From Phycisphaerae bacterium (GTDB taxonomy: Bacteria > Planctomycetota > Phycisphaerae > SM23-33): a stretch of 64,000 bases of DNA. The notes below the pieces were generated by a model, which saw only the letters and a list, made by a program, of their open reading frames with translations, was not told the DNA's origin and did not search any database. Shown piece after piece: positions 50,100 through 59,943 of the stretch. How positions within the stretch are numbered: position 1 is the first letter of the stretch; each line of letters opens with the position of its first letter. The position numbers and the translations under genes were made by a program. The stretch covers positions 10,629 to 74,628 of the forward strand of contig JASLNT010000006.1 of NCBI GenBank assembly GCA_030745875.1, written 5' to 3'.

Positions 50100-52553
50100 A
50101 TGGCAAAAAAGAGAGCATCGTCCACCAGGACAAAGAGCAGGTCTGGAAGAAAAGCTGCGCCGGCGGCGGCGGAGCCTACTCGATTCGCGGGCGGGCAATT
50201 CGCCAGATACTGTCTGGTTCTATGTCTCGCCGGAGCGGTTACGCTTTCATGGCTGAGCCTGCTTACGTACAGCCCCACAGATCCGCCCGCGACGCTGCTG
50301 TCGCCGGCGAAAACACCGGTCTCCAACGCGGCCGGTTCCGTGGGAGCGCATCTGGCGTACACGTTGCGTCACTATCTCGGCGGCGGGGCGTACATGGGAC
50401 TGGGCTTCGCCACAATCGCCGCAGTCGTCATGGTCTTCGGGGGCAGGGTTAGGGAGTGGCGGTGGCGATTGGCGGGGGTGGTCCTGTTGATCACCGCGAC
50501 AAGTGCAGCGCTTTTCCTTATGGACCCTGAAAGGATCGCTGACGATTACGCCAGCGGCCCGGCGGGAGTTGTGGGGTTGGCTACGGGGCGATTCCTGCTG
50601 GCCAGATTCGCGCCTGTCGGTTCGTGGGTGATGCTGATAATCGCGTTGTGCATCGGACTGATGCTCACCGCTGACAATTTCGTGCTGCGCCTTCCGCACT
50701 ATGGAAAGAAAGCCTGGACTCGCGGAGGCGAAATCACCCAGGCGGTGGCGTCTCTGAAAAGCCCAGCACCGGTTCGCACGGCGGCGAACCTTCCGCTTTC
50801 ACCGCGCAGTGCTGCTGCGGTTCCGACCGCACCGCCCATACCCCAACCGCGACTCGCTGCCGCGCCGCCGCAAGGCGACACCGACGAATCGCTCCCCAGC
50901 AAGGCCAGGAAAGTTATCGCCAAACTGCTGCCTAAACCGTCTTCGACCCCCAAAAAGCCCAAGCCTGCGAAGCAACCGAAACCGGTTCCAACGTCCGGGG
51001 CGATGAGCGGGGGCGGGGTGAGCAGCGATTCGGATGAATTCACGCTTCCGTCAACCGATCTGCTGGTCGAACCGCAGTGCGGATACATTGAAAGCCAGCA
51101 GGCCTACGCCTCAACGCAGCGGGACATTCTGCAGAGAACGCTGGATGATTTCCGCGTCGAGGCCAGTGTTGTCGGATTCATGACCGGTCCGGTTATCACA
51201 ATGTTCGAACTGTCCCTGGCGCCCGGAGTGAAAGTGCGCCAGATAGCGAATCTCAGCAACGACGTAGCGCGTGCGCTTGCTGTTCCGGGCGTGCGTATCG
51301 TCTCGCCCATACCGGGCAAGGACACTATCGGTATTGAAGTTCCGAATCTCGAGAAGGAAATCGTTCGCATCAAGGAGCTGATGGCGCTTGCTCCGGGTTC
51401 GGATGAGAGTATGCAGCTTCCGCTGTATATCGGCAAGGACGCCAGCGGCGGGCCGATTGTCTCGGACCTGGCGGGAATGCCCCACATGCTGATCGCGGGC
51501 ACGACCGGATCGGGCAAGAGCGTGTGCATCAACGCGATCATCATGTCGATGCTGATGCTGCGGACGCCCGAAGAAGTGCGACTGATCCTGATCGATCCGA
51601 AAATGGTCGAAATGGCCGCCTTCGAGAATGTTCCGCACCTGCTCTGCCCGATCGTTAACGACATGCGTCGAGCCGAGAGCATCCTTGAGTGGGCCGCGAC
51701 CAAGATGGATGAGCGGTACGAACTGCTCAAGGAAGCCGGAGTAAAGAACATCAAGGGCTATAACGAGCTGGGCGAAGATGAGCTCTACGCGCGATTCCAC
51801 GCCGAAACCGACGCCGACAAGGCCAGCGTCCCCAAAGCACTGCCTTTCTTCGTGATCATCGTTGACGAACTGGCTGACCTCATGATGACATCGGGCAAGG
51901 AAGTTGAAGGGTATATCATCCGCATCGCACAGAAGGCTCGTGCGGTTGGAATTCACCTGGTTCTGGCTACCCAGCGACCGAGCGTGAACGTTGTAACCGG
52001 ATTGATCAAATCGAACATGCCCTGTCGCACCAGCTTCAGGGTGGCTTCGCGACAGGAAAGCCGTATCGTTCTCGATCAGAACGGAGCGGAAGTTCTTCTG
52101 GGGCACGGTGACATGCTGTTCCTCGAACCGGGAACGTCGAACCTGAAGCGAGCCCAGGGCGCGTTTGTGGCTGAGAAGGAGATTCAAACGGTTGTTAAGA
52201 GCATCTCCAAGGGCAGAAAGGTCGAATTCAACGCCGAACTCAGCCGCCTTAACTCTTCGCCTATTGGCGAGATCAGCATCGAACGCGATCCCCTGTTTGA
52301 CAAGGCCGTCGGAATTATTCTCCAGAGCAAGCGGGGCAGTGTTTCGCTGCTCCAGAGGCGTTTGCAGATCGGTTACAGCCGCTCCAGCCGGATAATCGAC
52401 CAGATGGCCGATTCGGGCATTCTTGGCGATTACAAAGGCAGTCAGGCCCGCGAAGTGCTGATGACTCCCGAAGATTGGGAAGCCCTGCAGGCCTCAATAC
52501 GCGCCGACCAGAGCGGTGCGTCAAGCTATGACGGTGCGCCGACCAGTTCCTGA
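50100..52553 (+). CDS. ftsK: DNA translocase FtsK/SpoIIIE
   Basis: N-terminal TMs, Pro-rich linker, Walker A GTTGSGKSVCINAII, C-terminal gamma winged helix. Confidence 0.9.
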   Translation: MAKKRASSTRTKSRSGRKAAPAAAEPTRFAGGQFARYCLVLCLAGAVTLSWLSLLTYSPTDPPATLLSPAKTPVSNAAGSVGAHLAYTLRHYLGGGAYMGLGFATIAAVVMVFGGRVREWRWRLAGVVLLITATSAALFLMDPERIADDYASGPAGVVGLATGRFLLARFAPVGSWVMLIIALCIGLMLTADNFVLRLPHYGKKAWTRGGEITQAVASLKSPAPVRTAANLPLSPRSAAAVPTAPPIPQPRLAAAPPQGDTDESLPSKARKVIAKLLPKPSSTPKKPKPAKQPKPVPTSGAMSGGGVSSDSDEFTLPSTDLLVEPQCGYIESQQAYASTQRDILQRTLDDFRVEASVVGFMTGPVITMFELSLAPGVKVRQIANLSNDVARALAVPGVRIVSPIPGKDTIGIEVPNLEKEIVRIKELMALAPGSDESMQLPLYIGKDASGGPIVSDLAGMPHMLIAGTTGSGKSVCINAIIMSMLMLRTPEEVRLILIDPKMVEMAAFENVPHLLCPIVNDMRRAESILEWAATKMDERYELLKEAGVKNIKGYNELGEDELYARFHAETDADKASVPKALPFFVIIVDELADLMMTSGKEVEGYIIRIAQKARAVGIHLVLATQRPSVNVVTGLIKSNMPCRTSFRVASRQESRIVLDQNGAEVLLGHGDMLFLEPGTSNLKRAQGAFVAEKEIQTVVKSISKGRKVEFNAELSRLNSSPIGEISIERDPLFDKAVGIILQSKRGSVSLLQRRLQIGYSRSSRIIDQMADSGILGDYKGSQAREVLMTPEDWEALQASIRADQSGASSYDGAPTSS

Positions 52554-52592
52554 GTGATGTTATGCGCGGCCTGGGTTTGAGAGGCGATTATC

Positions 52593-53738
52593 GTGAATGA
52601 AACACTCGACAATTCAGTTTCGGGTCGACCGGGTATCAACCGGTATACCGCGTCTATGCGCGCCGCCTGGGTGGTTTCGGGCTCTACGTGCCTTCGATTG
52701 GGGCGATCTCTTGGTTCGCTGGCTGGGGGGCTCGCCGACGAAGGGATCTACCTGGCGGCGATTTGCGGAGATGATGCGCCTGTCGGCGCGTTCAGCGACT
52801 GGCCGATAGACGTTACTCGCTTTTTCATGCGAAGATGGTTTCGCCCGGGCAGGGCGATCGCCCGCCTGGGTGAGAAGCTGCAGGAACAAGGCGTGCAGTT
52901 GCTCCATGCTCTGGACGCCGAAGCCGGACAGACCACCTCGCTTCTCGCCAGCCAGTTGAATTGCCCGCACGTTGTAAGCTCCTACTCGCTTGACGACGGG
53001 CGCGCCCTGGGGCGCATGGGCGTGAGACCCGCCATGGTGCTCGCCGCCAGCCAGTCCGTGCGACTCGACCTTATCAACAGCCATTGCATTCGCCCCGATC
53101 GCGTGACCGTGGCGCCCCCTCCGGCGCATCCGGTTGCAGAGGCGAACTGTTTCCGCAGACCGGACCGATGCGCGTCGATCGTCACCAGTGACGTCTTCGA
53201 CGATTACGGCGCCGTCGCAGCGGTGCTCGACGCATTCGCCAAGCTCCAGTACGACAAGACCGAGTGCCTGTTCTTTGCAGTTGGAAACGGTCCGGCGGAG
53301 CACGCACTGAGAAAACACGCCGAGAAACTCGGTTTGTGCGGTTCGCTGACGTTTGTAGACCGACTCGACAGCCGGCAGCTTGCGGGCGTGTTCGAGGCTG
53401 CCGATATCTACATCTCGCCGCGAGGGACAAGCAGCGTGAATCTGGACGCGATGTTGGCGATGGCTTCCGGAGCGGCGGTGCTGGCGCCGGAAGATCACGT
53501 TTCGGATTTCCTGATCGACGGTCAGACCGCCTCGACGTTCCGATCCAGGGACGCTAAGGACATCGCTGAGCATCTCGGGGATATGCTCAGCAACCGCGAG
53601 AGGACGGTGTCTTTGGCTGAAGGGGCGTTGGAGTATCTGGCGGAGAACCATCGTCCGTGGCGAGCGGTTCAAAGCGTTGCGGAAGTCTACAACGGCGTGC
53701 TGGCGGGGTCGGAAAATCACGTACCGCTGTCGGCGTGA
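52593..53738 (+). CDS. glycosyltransferase, GT-B fold (GT4-like)
   Basis: C-terminal ADIYISPRGTSSVNLDAMLAMASGAAVLAPED nucleotide-sugar binding region. Confidence 0.55.
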   Translation: MNETLDNSVSGRPGINRYTASMRAAWVVSGSTCLRLGRSLGSLAGGLADEGIYLAAICGDDAPVGAFSDWPIDVTRFFMRRWFRPGRAIARLGEKLQEQGVQLLHALDAEAGQTTSLLASQLNCPHVVSSYSLDDGRALGRMGVRPAMVLAASQSVRLDLINSHCIRPDRVTVAPPPAHPVAEANCFRRPDRCASIVTSDVFDDYGAVAAVLDAFAKLQYDKTECLFFAVGNGPAEHALRKHAEKLGLCGSLTFVDRLDSRQLAGVFEAADIYISPRGTSSVNLDAMLAMASGAAVLAPEDHVSDFLIDGQTASTFRSRDAKDIAEHLGDMLSNRERTVSLAEGALEYLAENHRPWRAVQSVAEVYNGVLAGSENHVPLSA

Positions 53739-53742
53739 GTTG

Positions 53743-54633
53743 TCAGGCCTGCAGTTCCACGCCGAAACCCTGAAGCAACCGAGCAAGTTCATCGCGATAT
53801 TCGTCGCTTAGCGGGGACATGGGCAGTCGCAACTCATTGCGTATCATCCCAGCCATCGCAAGGGCCGCCTTGATCGGAATCGGATTTGTCTCGACGAACA
53901 TGCCCTTGAACAGCTTAAAGAGCTTCAGGTGCAGTTCGCGGGCCGTCGGCAGGTCGTCTGAGGCGATGGCGTCGCAGAACTTTCGCACTTCGCCCGGGAG
54001 AATGTTCGCCAGGACGCTGATTACGCCCACGGCGCCGACCGACGCGAGCGGGAGGGTTAGCGAATCGTCTCCGGAGAGGATTGTTATGTCGCAGGCGGAG
54101 GCAATTTCACTGGCGATGTCGAGCTTGCCGGTGGCCTCTTTGATCGCGATCACCATCTCGATCTCGTTATACATCCTGATGACTGTCGCGGGGGTCAGTT
54201 CAATGCTCGTCCTGCCGGGGATATTGTAGAGTACGATGGGCAATTCGATTTCACCCAGGCGCTGAATGTGTTCGAACATTCCCTGCTGCGTGGGCTTGTT
54301 GTAGTAGGGATTCACGATCAGGCACGCATCGGCCCCGACGTCTTTGGCTCGTTGGGTCAGACGCACAGCTTCGTCGGTCGAGTTCGAGCCCGTACCGGCG
54401 ATAACGGGTACGCGTCCGGCGGTCTGTTTGACGACGAATTCCACAACGTCGCCGTGCTCGACATGACTCAGCGTGGGCGACTCTCCGGTCGTTCCGCACG
54501 GGACAATTCCCTGCGTGCCGCCGGATATCTGGAATTCGATCAGGCCGGCAAGCGCGTCGTAGTCAATCTGACCGTCGGCGAATGGCGTGACTATCGCCAC
54601 CATCGAACCGTGTAGTTTTGGCATGTCAGTCAT
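53743..54633 (-). CDS. dapA: 4-hydroxy-tetrahydrodipicolinate synthase
   Basis: GSMVAIVTPF, GIVPCGTTGESPTLS motifs. Confidence 0.9.
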   Translation of the reverse strand: MTDMPKLHGSMVAIVTPFADGQIDYDALAGLIEFQISGGTQGIVPCGTTGESPTLSHVEHGDVVEFVVKQTAGRVPVIAGTGSNSTDEAVRLTQRAKDVGADACLIVNPYYNKPTQQGMFEHIQRLGEIELPIVLYNIPGRTSIELTPATVIRMYNEIEMVIAIKEATGKLDIASEIASACDITILSGDDSLTLPLASVGAVGVISVLANILPGEVRKFCDAIASDDLPTARELHLKLFKLFKGMFVETNPIPIKAALAMAGMIRNELRLPMSPLSDEYRDELARLLQGFGVELQA

Positions 54634-54726
54634 TTGGCTGGTCTCGTGTTAATTTCAGGGCTCTGCTGAAAAGCAATTACTTATATGCATGCTACACGCG
54701 CAAATCGTTTAATGCAATGTTCGGGC

Positions 54727-55464
54727 TTAACGGACAAGGCGTTTCATTTCGGCAACTGCTCGCCTTAGACCGGTGAAGACAGCCCTGGCGATGATGGAAT
54801 GTCCGATATTAAACTCACAGAATCCCTCCATTTGGGCGACGGGCTCGATATTCGTGTAGGTGAGCCCGTGTCCGGCGTGCACGATCAGTTCGGCGTCGAG
54901 CCCGGCCTGCAGACCGATATGGATCTCAGCTAGAGTCGATGCGATCAGGGCGGGGTCCGGGTTGCCTCCATCGGTTCCCAGGCAGGCGTTGGCGTAGGTT
55001 CCGGTGTGAATTTCAATCGCTTCGCATCCGGCGCGGCGGGCGGCGAGTATTTGCTCGGGAACGGGATCTATAAACGCGCTGACCGAGACGCCCGCGCCGC
55101 GAAGGGCTTCAGTGACCTCGCCGACCCGGTCGGCGTGGGCGAGTACGTCCAGTCCGCCCTCGGTGGTTATTTCCCGCCGGTTCTCGGGGACCAGGGTCGC
55201 CTGGGTCGGCGCTAACGCCAGGGCGATATCCACGATTTCCGGATCCAGCGACATTTCCATGTTGAGCTTGCAGGTGACGGTTTTCTTCAGGAGATCGGCG
55301 TCGCGGTCGCAGATGTGTCTGCGGTCTTTTCGCAGGTGGAAGGTGATACAGTCGGCTCCGGCGAGCTGTGCCTCGGCGGCCGCCCAGACGGGGTCCGGTT
55401 CGACGGTCTGTCTCGCCTGGCGAACAGTCGCCACATGATCGATATTTACGCCTAAGCCTGCCAT
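54727..55464 (-). CDS. pdxJ: pyridoxine 5'-phosphate synthase
   Basis: LGVNIDHVATVRQAR, ITFHLRKDRRHI motifs. Confidence 0.9.
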   Translation of the reverse strand: MAGLGVNIDHVATVRQARQTVEPDPVWAAAEAQLAGADCITFHLRKDRRHICDRDADLLKKTVTCKLNMEMSLDPEIVDIALALAPTQATLVPENRREITTEGGLDVLAHADRVGEVTEALRGAGVSVSAFIDPVPEQILAARRAGCEAIEIHTGTYANACLGTDGGNPDPALIASTLAEIHIGLQAGLDAELIVHAGHGLTYTNIEPVAQMEGFCEFNIGHSIIARAVFTGLRRAVAEMKRLVR

Positions 55465-55575
55465 GGTGATAATCTCCCGTTCGATCGAGTCAATTCAGGA
55501 ATCGAACGGGACAATTGTGCGCCCAAGCGGGTCGGCGGTCAAGCAATGAGTCATGAGTCGCGCCGAATAGTGCGC

Positions 55576-55616
55576 AAAAAAAAGCGGACGAGGCGCAAGT
55601 TGCTCAGACCTGCGCC
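55576..55616 (-). terminator. rho-independent terminator on the minus strand (8-bp hairpin with G-U, then U8)
   Basis: Minus-strand RNA GGCGCAGG-UCUGAGCAA-CUUGCGCC followed by UCGUCCGC UUUUUUUU; lies downstream of the repeat array and upstream of pdxJ. Confidence 0.5.
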
Positions 55617-56740
55617 ATCGCCCTTCGCCGTTAGTAGAGAATCCCACAGGCTAACGTGGGACCGTAATGGCGGGAGGCTTCAAAGGAGGAGAGAAGAAGC
55701 TGTCCGGTAGGCGATCAACTCCACCGGCCCGATTCCATGACGGACTCTCTACCGCGATAGAGAGTCTCAAATACGATGTGCAGGTCTGGAAGGAGGAAAA
55801 TGACCTTACACACGCTAAAGACTCTCGTTTCATATAGCGGTTGACCGTTCCGCGGCCCGCAAGGGAAGAAGCAAGCGGGGGGTGTCTGAACTCATCCGGT
55901 CGACCACCATCGGTATCAGTGCCTGTATTCAGTTTTAATCGTATTATTATCCCGAGCGGCGTCGGGTCTGATCTCAAAGGCAGCGAGACGCAAGTTGCTC
56001 AGACCTGCGTCATCGCTCTTCGCCTTTGACGGAAAGTTCCACTAGCCAAGTGCCGTTGCGGCGAGACGCTTCAAAGGAGGAGAGTTGAAGCTCCCAGCAG
56101 GCGCTCAACTCTGCTGGCTCGTCCTACAACAAAACTTCCGTCGGTAGAGAGTTTGTGCATGTCAACGCTGGGTAAAGGAGGAGAAACGCCCATGCGTTTG
56201 CACAAAGCTCTCGTTCTGAAGGATGATCGCGCGTTCCAAGCGCTAAGCAAGCGTACATCTTAAGCAAGCACCGGAGCGCTTCGAGCCATCCTCGTTTTCA
56301 TCACTCTTTATTATGCGAGCGTCGTATAGTCCGTCTCCCGACTTCCGCCGGGTCTGTTAGTAAGGGGACGAGAGGCAACCAGCTCACAGTTGCCTCATCG
56401 CCCTTTGCCTTTGCAGAGATACCCTCGGAGATTCCACTCCTCTGCGTGCTCCCATCCCGGGTGACGAATCACCCGCAATACGCTGGTGGGCTTTGACCTC
56501 CACCAGTAACACGCAGACTGGTAACTAAATATCTCTGCACTCCCGAAAGCCCTCAAGCAACACTGATCTATGCGTCTGGAGGGATCAGTCGGTATGGGCT
56601 ATTACCTCCACACCATGTCGCCCTCAATGGGGGCTTCCGCTTTTCGGCACATCGCCCTGCCATCCAAACGAATACCCTCCGTACCCGTTTGAAATTCAAT
56701 GTTCCGTTAGTACGACTCACCCGACCGCTTAAAAGCTGCT
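55592..56740. repeat. three ~390-bp imperfect tandem units, each with a terminal hairpin, a second hairpin at +110 and an SD-led mini-ORF at +205 to +222; candidate structured ncRNA array
   Basis: Hairpin-1 at 55592-55616, 55987-56011, 56372-56396 (stems covary, loops conserved); hairpin-2 at 55704-55727, 56094-56117, 56483-56506 (stems covary, loop GGCG(A/C)UCAACUC conserved); SD-ATG mini-ORFs at 55800, 56192, 56594. Confidence 0.5.
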
Positions 56741-57180
56741 CAAGCCGCCGGAGTGTCTGTCCGGTTCGTTCGCTCAACTGCGAGTCGAACCAAGGACCTC
56801 CACTGTCCGCCGTACGCCGGATAGACGAAATACAACGCTCCGCCCATCCTGGCTATTAACTCTTGTCTGCCCGATCCGGTTCCTCCGACGACCGCTGCGA
56901 TAACGCCAGGCCAATATCGGCCCAACCAGTGCAGCGTCTCGTCCGTTGGTTCCAGGAACTCACGGTCGATCAGCACGAACAGGTTTATCTCGCCAACAGG
57001 CGGATTGAACTTCAGTTCGCTTTGACGACGGTAAACAAGCAGACTTCCTTTATTCAGTTGTTCGAGCGACAGCGCCAGCGGCGCCGCATCGCTCAGCTCC
57101 GCACATACGGTTACGATGCGCGGTCCATCCGGTTCGGCTGACCCATAGGCCGAGCCATCTTTCGGCTCCCTCACGTCCAC
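56740..57180 (-). CDS. hypothetical protein (146 aa), directly upstream (minus-strand sense) of the repeat array
   Basis: Long ORF with GC-typical codon use; no recognised motif; its 3' end contains a hairpin-2-like inverted repeat (GGTTCG...CTCAACTGCGAG...CGAACC). Confidence 0.35.
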   Translation of the reverse strand: MDVREPKDGSAYGSAEPDGPRIVTVCAELSDAAPLALSLEQLNKGSLLVYRRQSELKFNPPVGEINLFVLIDREFLEPTDETLHWLGRYWPGVIAAVVGGTGSGRQELIARMGGALYFVYPAYGGQWRSLVRLAVERTNRTDTPAA

Positions 57181-57834
57181 AACTAGGCTCCTCGATCAAA
57201 TTCCCTATTCCGAGTCCCTCGACTCGTAAGTGCGTACATACCCGAAGCGCTATTCCTGCAGGCAACCCCTCGCCTGTAGAGAACGCTGGCGCGACCAATA
57301 GTTGGAGAATGTAGAGAGACATAGAAACGCTGTCTCGCAACACAGTCCCGGGGATGTCCTTACCTCCGGCAATTAAAACTGCAAATGGTTCTCCAGAAAA
57401 GATCCTCGCACGTATCGGCTATCTTTACACGGTAGACATATTGCAATGGCGGCGCCAAACAGCGGAGCGTGTGATAAGAAAAAAACAAACAACAGTATTC
57501 GACAGGAAAACACGGGGTAATTATTCACGGAATAATTCTTAGCTCAAAATCTCGCGTAATACAGCGCAGCGTGCGGCGCTGCAAGGTGCGACAGTAGCGC
57601 AGCAGATAGCAGCATCAAGTGTCGCATGATATGCGCATATATCGACGTAACGTCTTGCAAAGAGACGCACTGCGTTCAACTGTCGCGCAAGTTCAAAGAG
57701 CGTCGAACGCGACGCGTGAGCGGAGGCGTGTTGCGGGCTAACTAGAATTTAAAAAATATACTGGACAAAATTCAAAGCAGATCACTTGAACTCCTGATCT
57801 CAATTGCTACGATATATAATGATGTAAGACGTAA

Positions 57835-59943
57835 TTGGCGCCCCGGCCGGCCGCTATACTGATGGAGCAGGTTATGAGCGAAGGTGAAAACTGCGACCTG
57901 GGTGACTCCGCTTCCACTGGGAAGGGACTGTTGTCGCCGATAATCAAAATTCTTCTGGGCAGACGTCTGCGCCCGCTTCTTATCCTGTCGCTTTATTGTT
58001 TTCTGATTTTTCCCGTCTTCCGGGTCGCGGTGTTCCTCGCCACCCGCGAAGCCGTCCAGAACACCACCGTCTGGGAAATCGGCGTGTGTTTTGGCTACGG
58101 GTTCCAGTTTGACGCGGTGGTCGTCGGATATACGGTGCTTCCCATGGTGCTGGCGCTCGGGCTCGCGCCGGGCCCGACCTTCTTCAACAAGGTGTTCCGA
58201 CGAACCGTTACGATCTACATCACGGTGGTTATGACGGTTGTTATGATTCTGGAAATCGTCAACGCGGTTTTCATGGTGAATTTCCGGCGCCGCCTGAACT
58301 GGGCGTCGCTCAACTATCCGAAGTATTACCGTGAGACGGCTACGTTTATCTGGGATCAGTATAATCTCTGGGTGATTCTGCTGATTCCGCTGCTTGCTGG
58401 AGGCGTGTATCTGCTGTACCGAGTGCTTCGAAATTATTGCTGGCGCGGGCGGTTGACTTTCAATTCACCGCCGAAGCGGCTGGCGTTGACTGCGGTGACG
58501 ATCGCTTTGTGCATCATCGCGTGTCGCCCGACATTCGGGCACTTTCCGCTCCGCCCGGGTTCTGAGGAGCATTCGTCCAACAATATGGTCAACCAGGCGT
58601 CCACCAATACGCTGTTTTCGCTGTGGCATGCGTTCATGTCGATGCTCGAGGACGGTGACGACGAGAAGAAGTACTACGACCTTCCGTCTGTGGATGACGC
58701 CCGGAAGGTTGTGAGCACACTGTTGTTGCAGGAAGGAGACGAGCTGGCCCCGACGAACTCCAGACCGTTGCGAAGACGGATTGTAAGCGGGCGAAAAATG
58801 CTCGATCTCAATGTTGTTGTCATAATCATGGAAGGGCAGGCGAATGAACCGGTCGGGGCGCTGGGATACGGCGGGCCTCACACGCCTGAGCTGGACAGGA
58901 TATGCAGGGAGGGGATGTTCTTCGAGCAGTTGTACGCCACCGGCGCCAGAACCTCCAGAGGCTTGACCGGAGTGCTTGTCGGGCATCCGGACCTCGGGGG
59001 AAGAACGCTGCTGGAACGGGAGGATGCAGCAGGGCGGTTCCAGACTCTGCCCGGGGTGATAGCGGCGCGGGGATATCGAACGATCTTCATGACCGGAGGC
59101 GACCCGAACTACGACAACATGAAGGCTTTTCTCGCCGCCGGAGGCGTGGAAACAGTCATCGGACAGGAGCAGATCGGTCCGAAATCCGCCGGCGGGTGGG
59201 GCGTGCCCGACGAAATGATATTCCACAAGGCTCACGAGACGTTCGTGTCCATGGGCGACGAGAAGTTCTTCGCCGCCGTCCTGACCGTTTCGAACCATCA
59301 ACCGTACCACGTTCCTCAAGGCCGCACCGCGATGCTTCCCAACGACACCGAAGCGAACAGAATGCTCAACGCGTATCGATACGCCGACTGGGCTCTGGGC
59401 GAATTCTTCCGCGAAGCCCGCCAGGCCGACTACTTCAAGAACACTCTGTTCGTCATCGTTTCCGACCACGGACACGGGGAGTACCTTGACCAGGGGCTTG
59501 CGATCGACGTTCCGGGTTACAGGCTTCCCTGCGTCTTCTACGCGCCGGGCATCATATCGCCCCGAACCGTCTCGACGATCGCCTCCCAGACCGACATCGC
59601 CCCGACGCTGCTGGGCATGCTGGGCGGAACGTACGAACACAGCTTTATCGGCCGCGACATTCTTCGAGTCGCCCCGGGCGACGGATTCGCCCTGCTCCAC
59701 GAAGACAGGCACCTGGCGCTGTTGCGACCGGGCCGCGTGTGGATCACCGGACCGATAAACAGGCGAGCTGCGCCCCGCCCGGTCCCGAAACTGTACAGCG
59801 TTACTCTCGACAGTATGGTTCCGTTCGCCCAGGCGGACGCCGATCCTCTGGAATGTGCAACCATGCGACGCGACTTGTTGTCGCTTTACACGATAGCGCT
59901 TCAGCAGTACTTGAACGTCAAGCAGAAAGGAAGTCAGCATTGA
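57835..59943 (+). CDS. LTA-synthase / phosphoglycerol-transferase-family membrane sulfatase-fold enzyme
   Basis: 5 N-terminal TMs plus extracytoplasmic alkaline-phosphatase-superfamily domain (VVIIMEGQANE..., FVIVSDHGHGEY). Confidence 0.8.
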   Translation: MAPRPAAILMEQVMSEGENCDLGDSASTGKGLLSPIIKILLGRRLRPLLILSLYCFLIFPVFRVAVFLATREAVQNTTVWEIGVCFGYGFQFDAVVVGYTVLPMVLALGLAPGPTFFNKVFRRTVTIYITVVMTVVMILEIVNAVFMVNFRRRLNWASLNYPKYYRETATFIWDQYNLWVILLIPLLAGGVYLLYRVLRNYCWRGRLTFNSPPKRLALTAVTIALCIIACRPTFGHFPLRPGSEEHSSNNMVNQASTNTLFSLWHAFMSMLEDGDDEKKYYDLPSVDDARKVVSTLLLQEGDELAPTNSRPLRRRIVSGRKMLDLNVVVIIMEGQANEPVGALGYGGPHTPELDRICREGMFFEQLYATGARTSRGLTGVLVGHPDLGGRTLLEREDAAGRFQTLPGVIAARGYRTIFMTGGDPNYDNMKAFLAAGGVETVIGQEQIGPKSAGGWGVPDEMIFHKAHETFVSMGDEKFFAAVLTVSNHQPYHVPQGRTAMLPNDTEANRMLNAYRYADWALGEFFREARQADYFKNTLFVIVSDHGHGEYLDQGLAIDVPGYRLPCVFYAPGIISPRTVSTIASQTDIAPTLLGMLGGTYEHSFIGRDILRVAPGDGFALLHEDRHLALLRPGRVWITGPINRRAAPRPVPKLYSVTLDSMVPFAQADADPLECATMRRDLLSLYTIALQQYLNVKQKGSQH

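Noticed and set aside
52614-53792. 392-aa minus-strand ORF antisense to the glycosyltransferase gene
   Set aside because: Arg-rich, no motifs; the sense-strand gene has a recognisable GT-B C-terminal region and sits in a co-directional gene run.
55570-56740. CRISPR array as an explanation for the tandem repeats
   Set aside because: Units are ~390 bp, imperfect and internally structured rather than 25-40 bp exact repeats with unique spacers. No cas genes nearby.
56700-56800. GGTTCGACTC (T-loop-like) motif suggesting a tRNA or tmRNA on the minus strand
   Set aside because: Flanking bases do not form a T-stem (G52 would face G62). There is no acceptor stem or CCA context. The motif lies inside the 3' end of the 56740..57180 ORF and is better explained as part of the hairpin-2-like inverted repeat.
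58465-59940. 491-aa minus-strand ORF antisense to the LTA-synthase-family gene
   Set aside because: Arg/Val/Gly-rich, no domain; the sense gene has clear multi-TM plus sulfatase-fold architecture.
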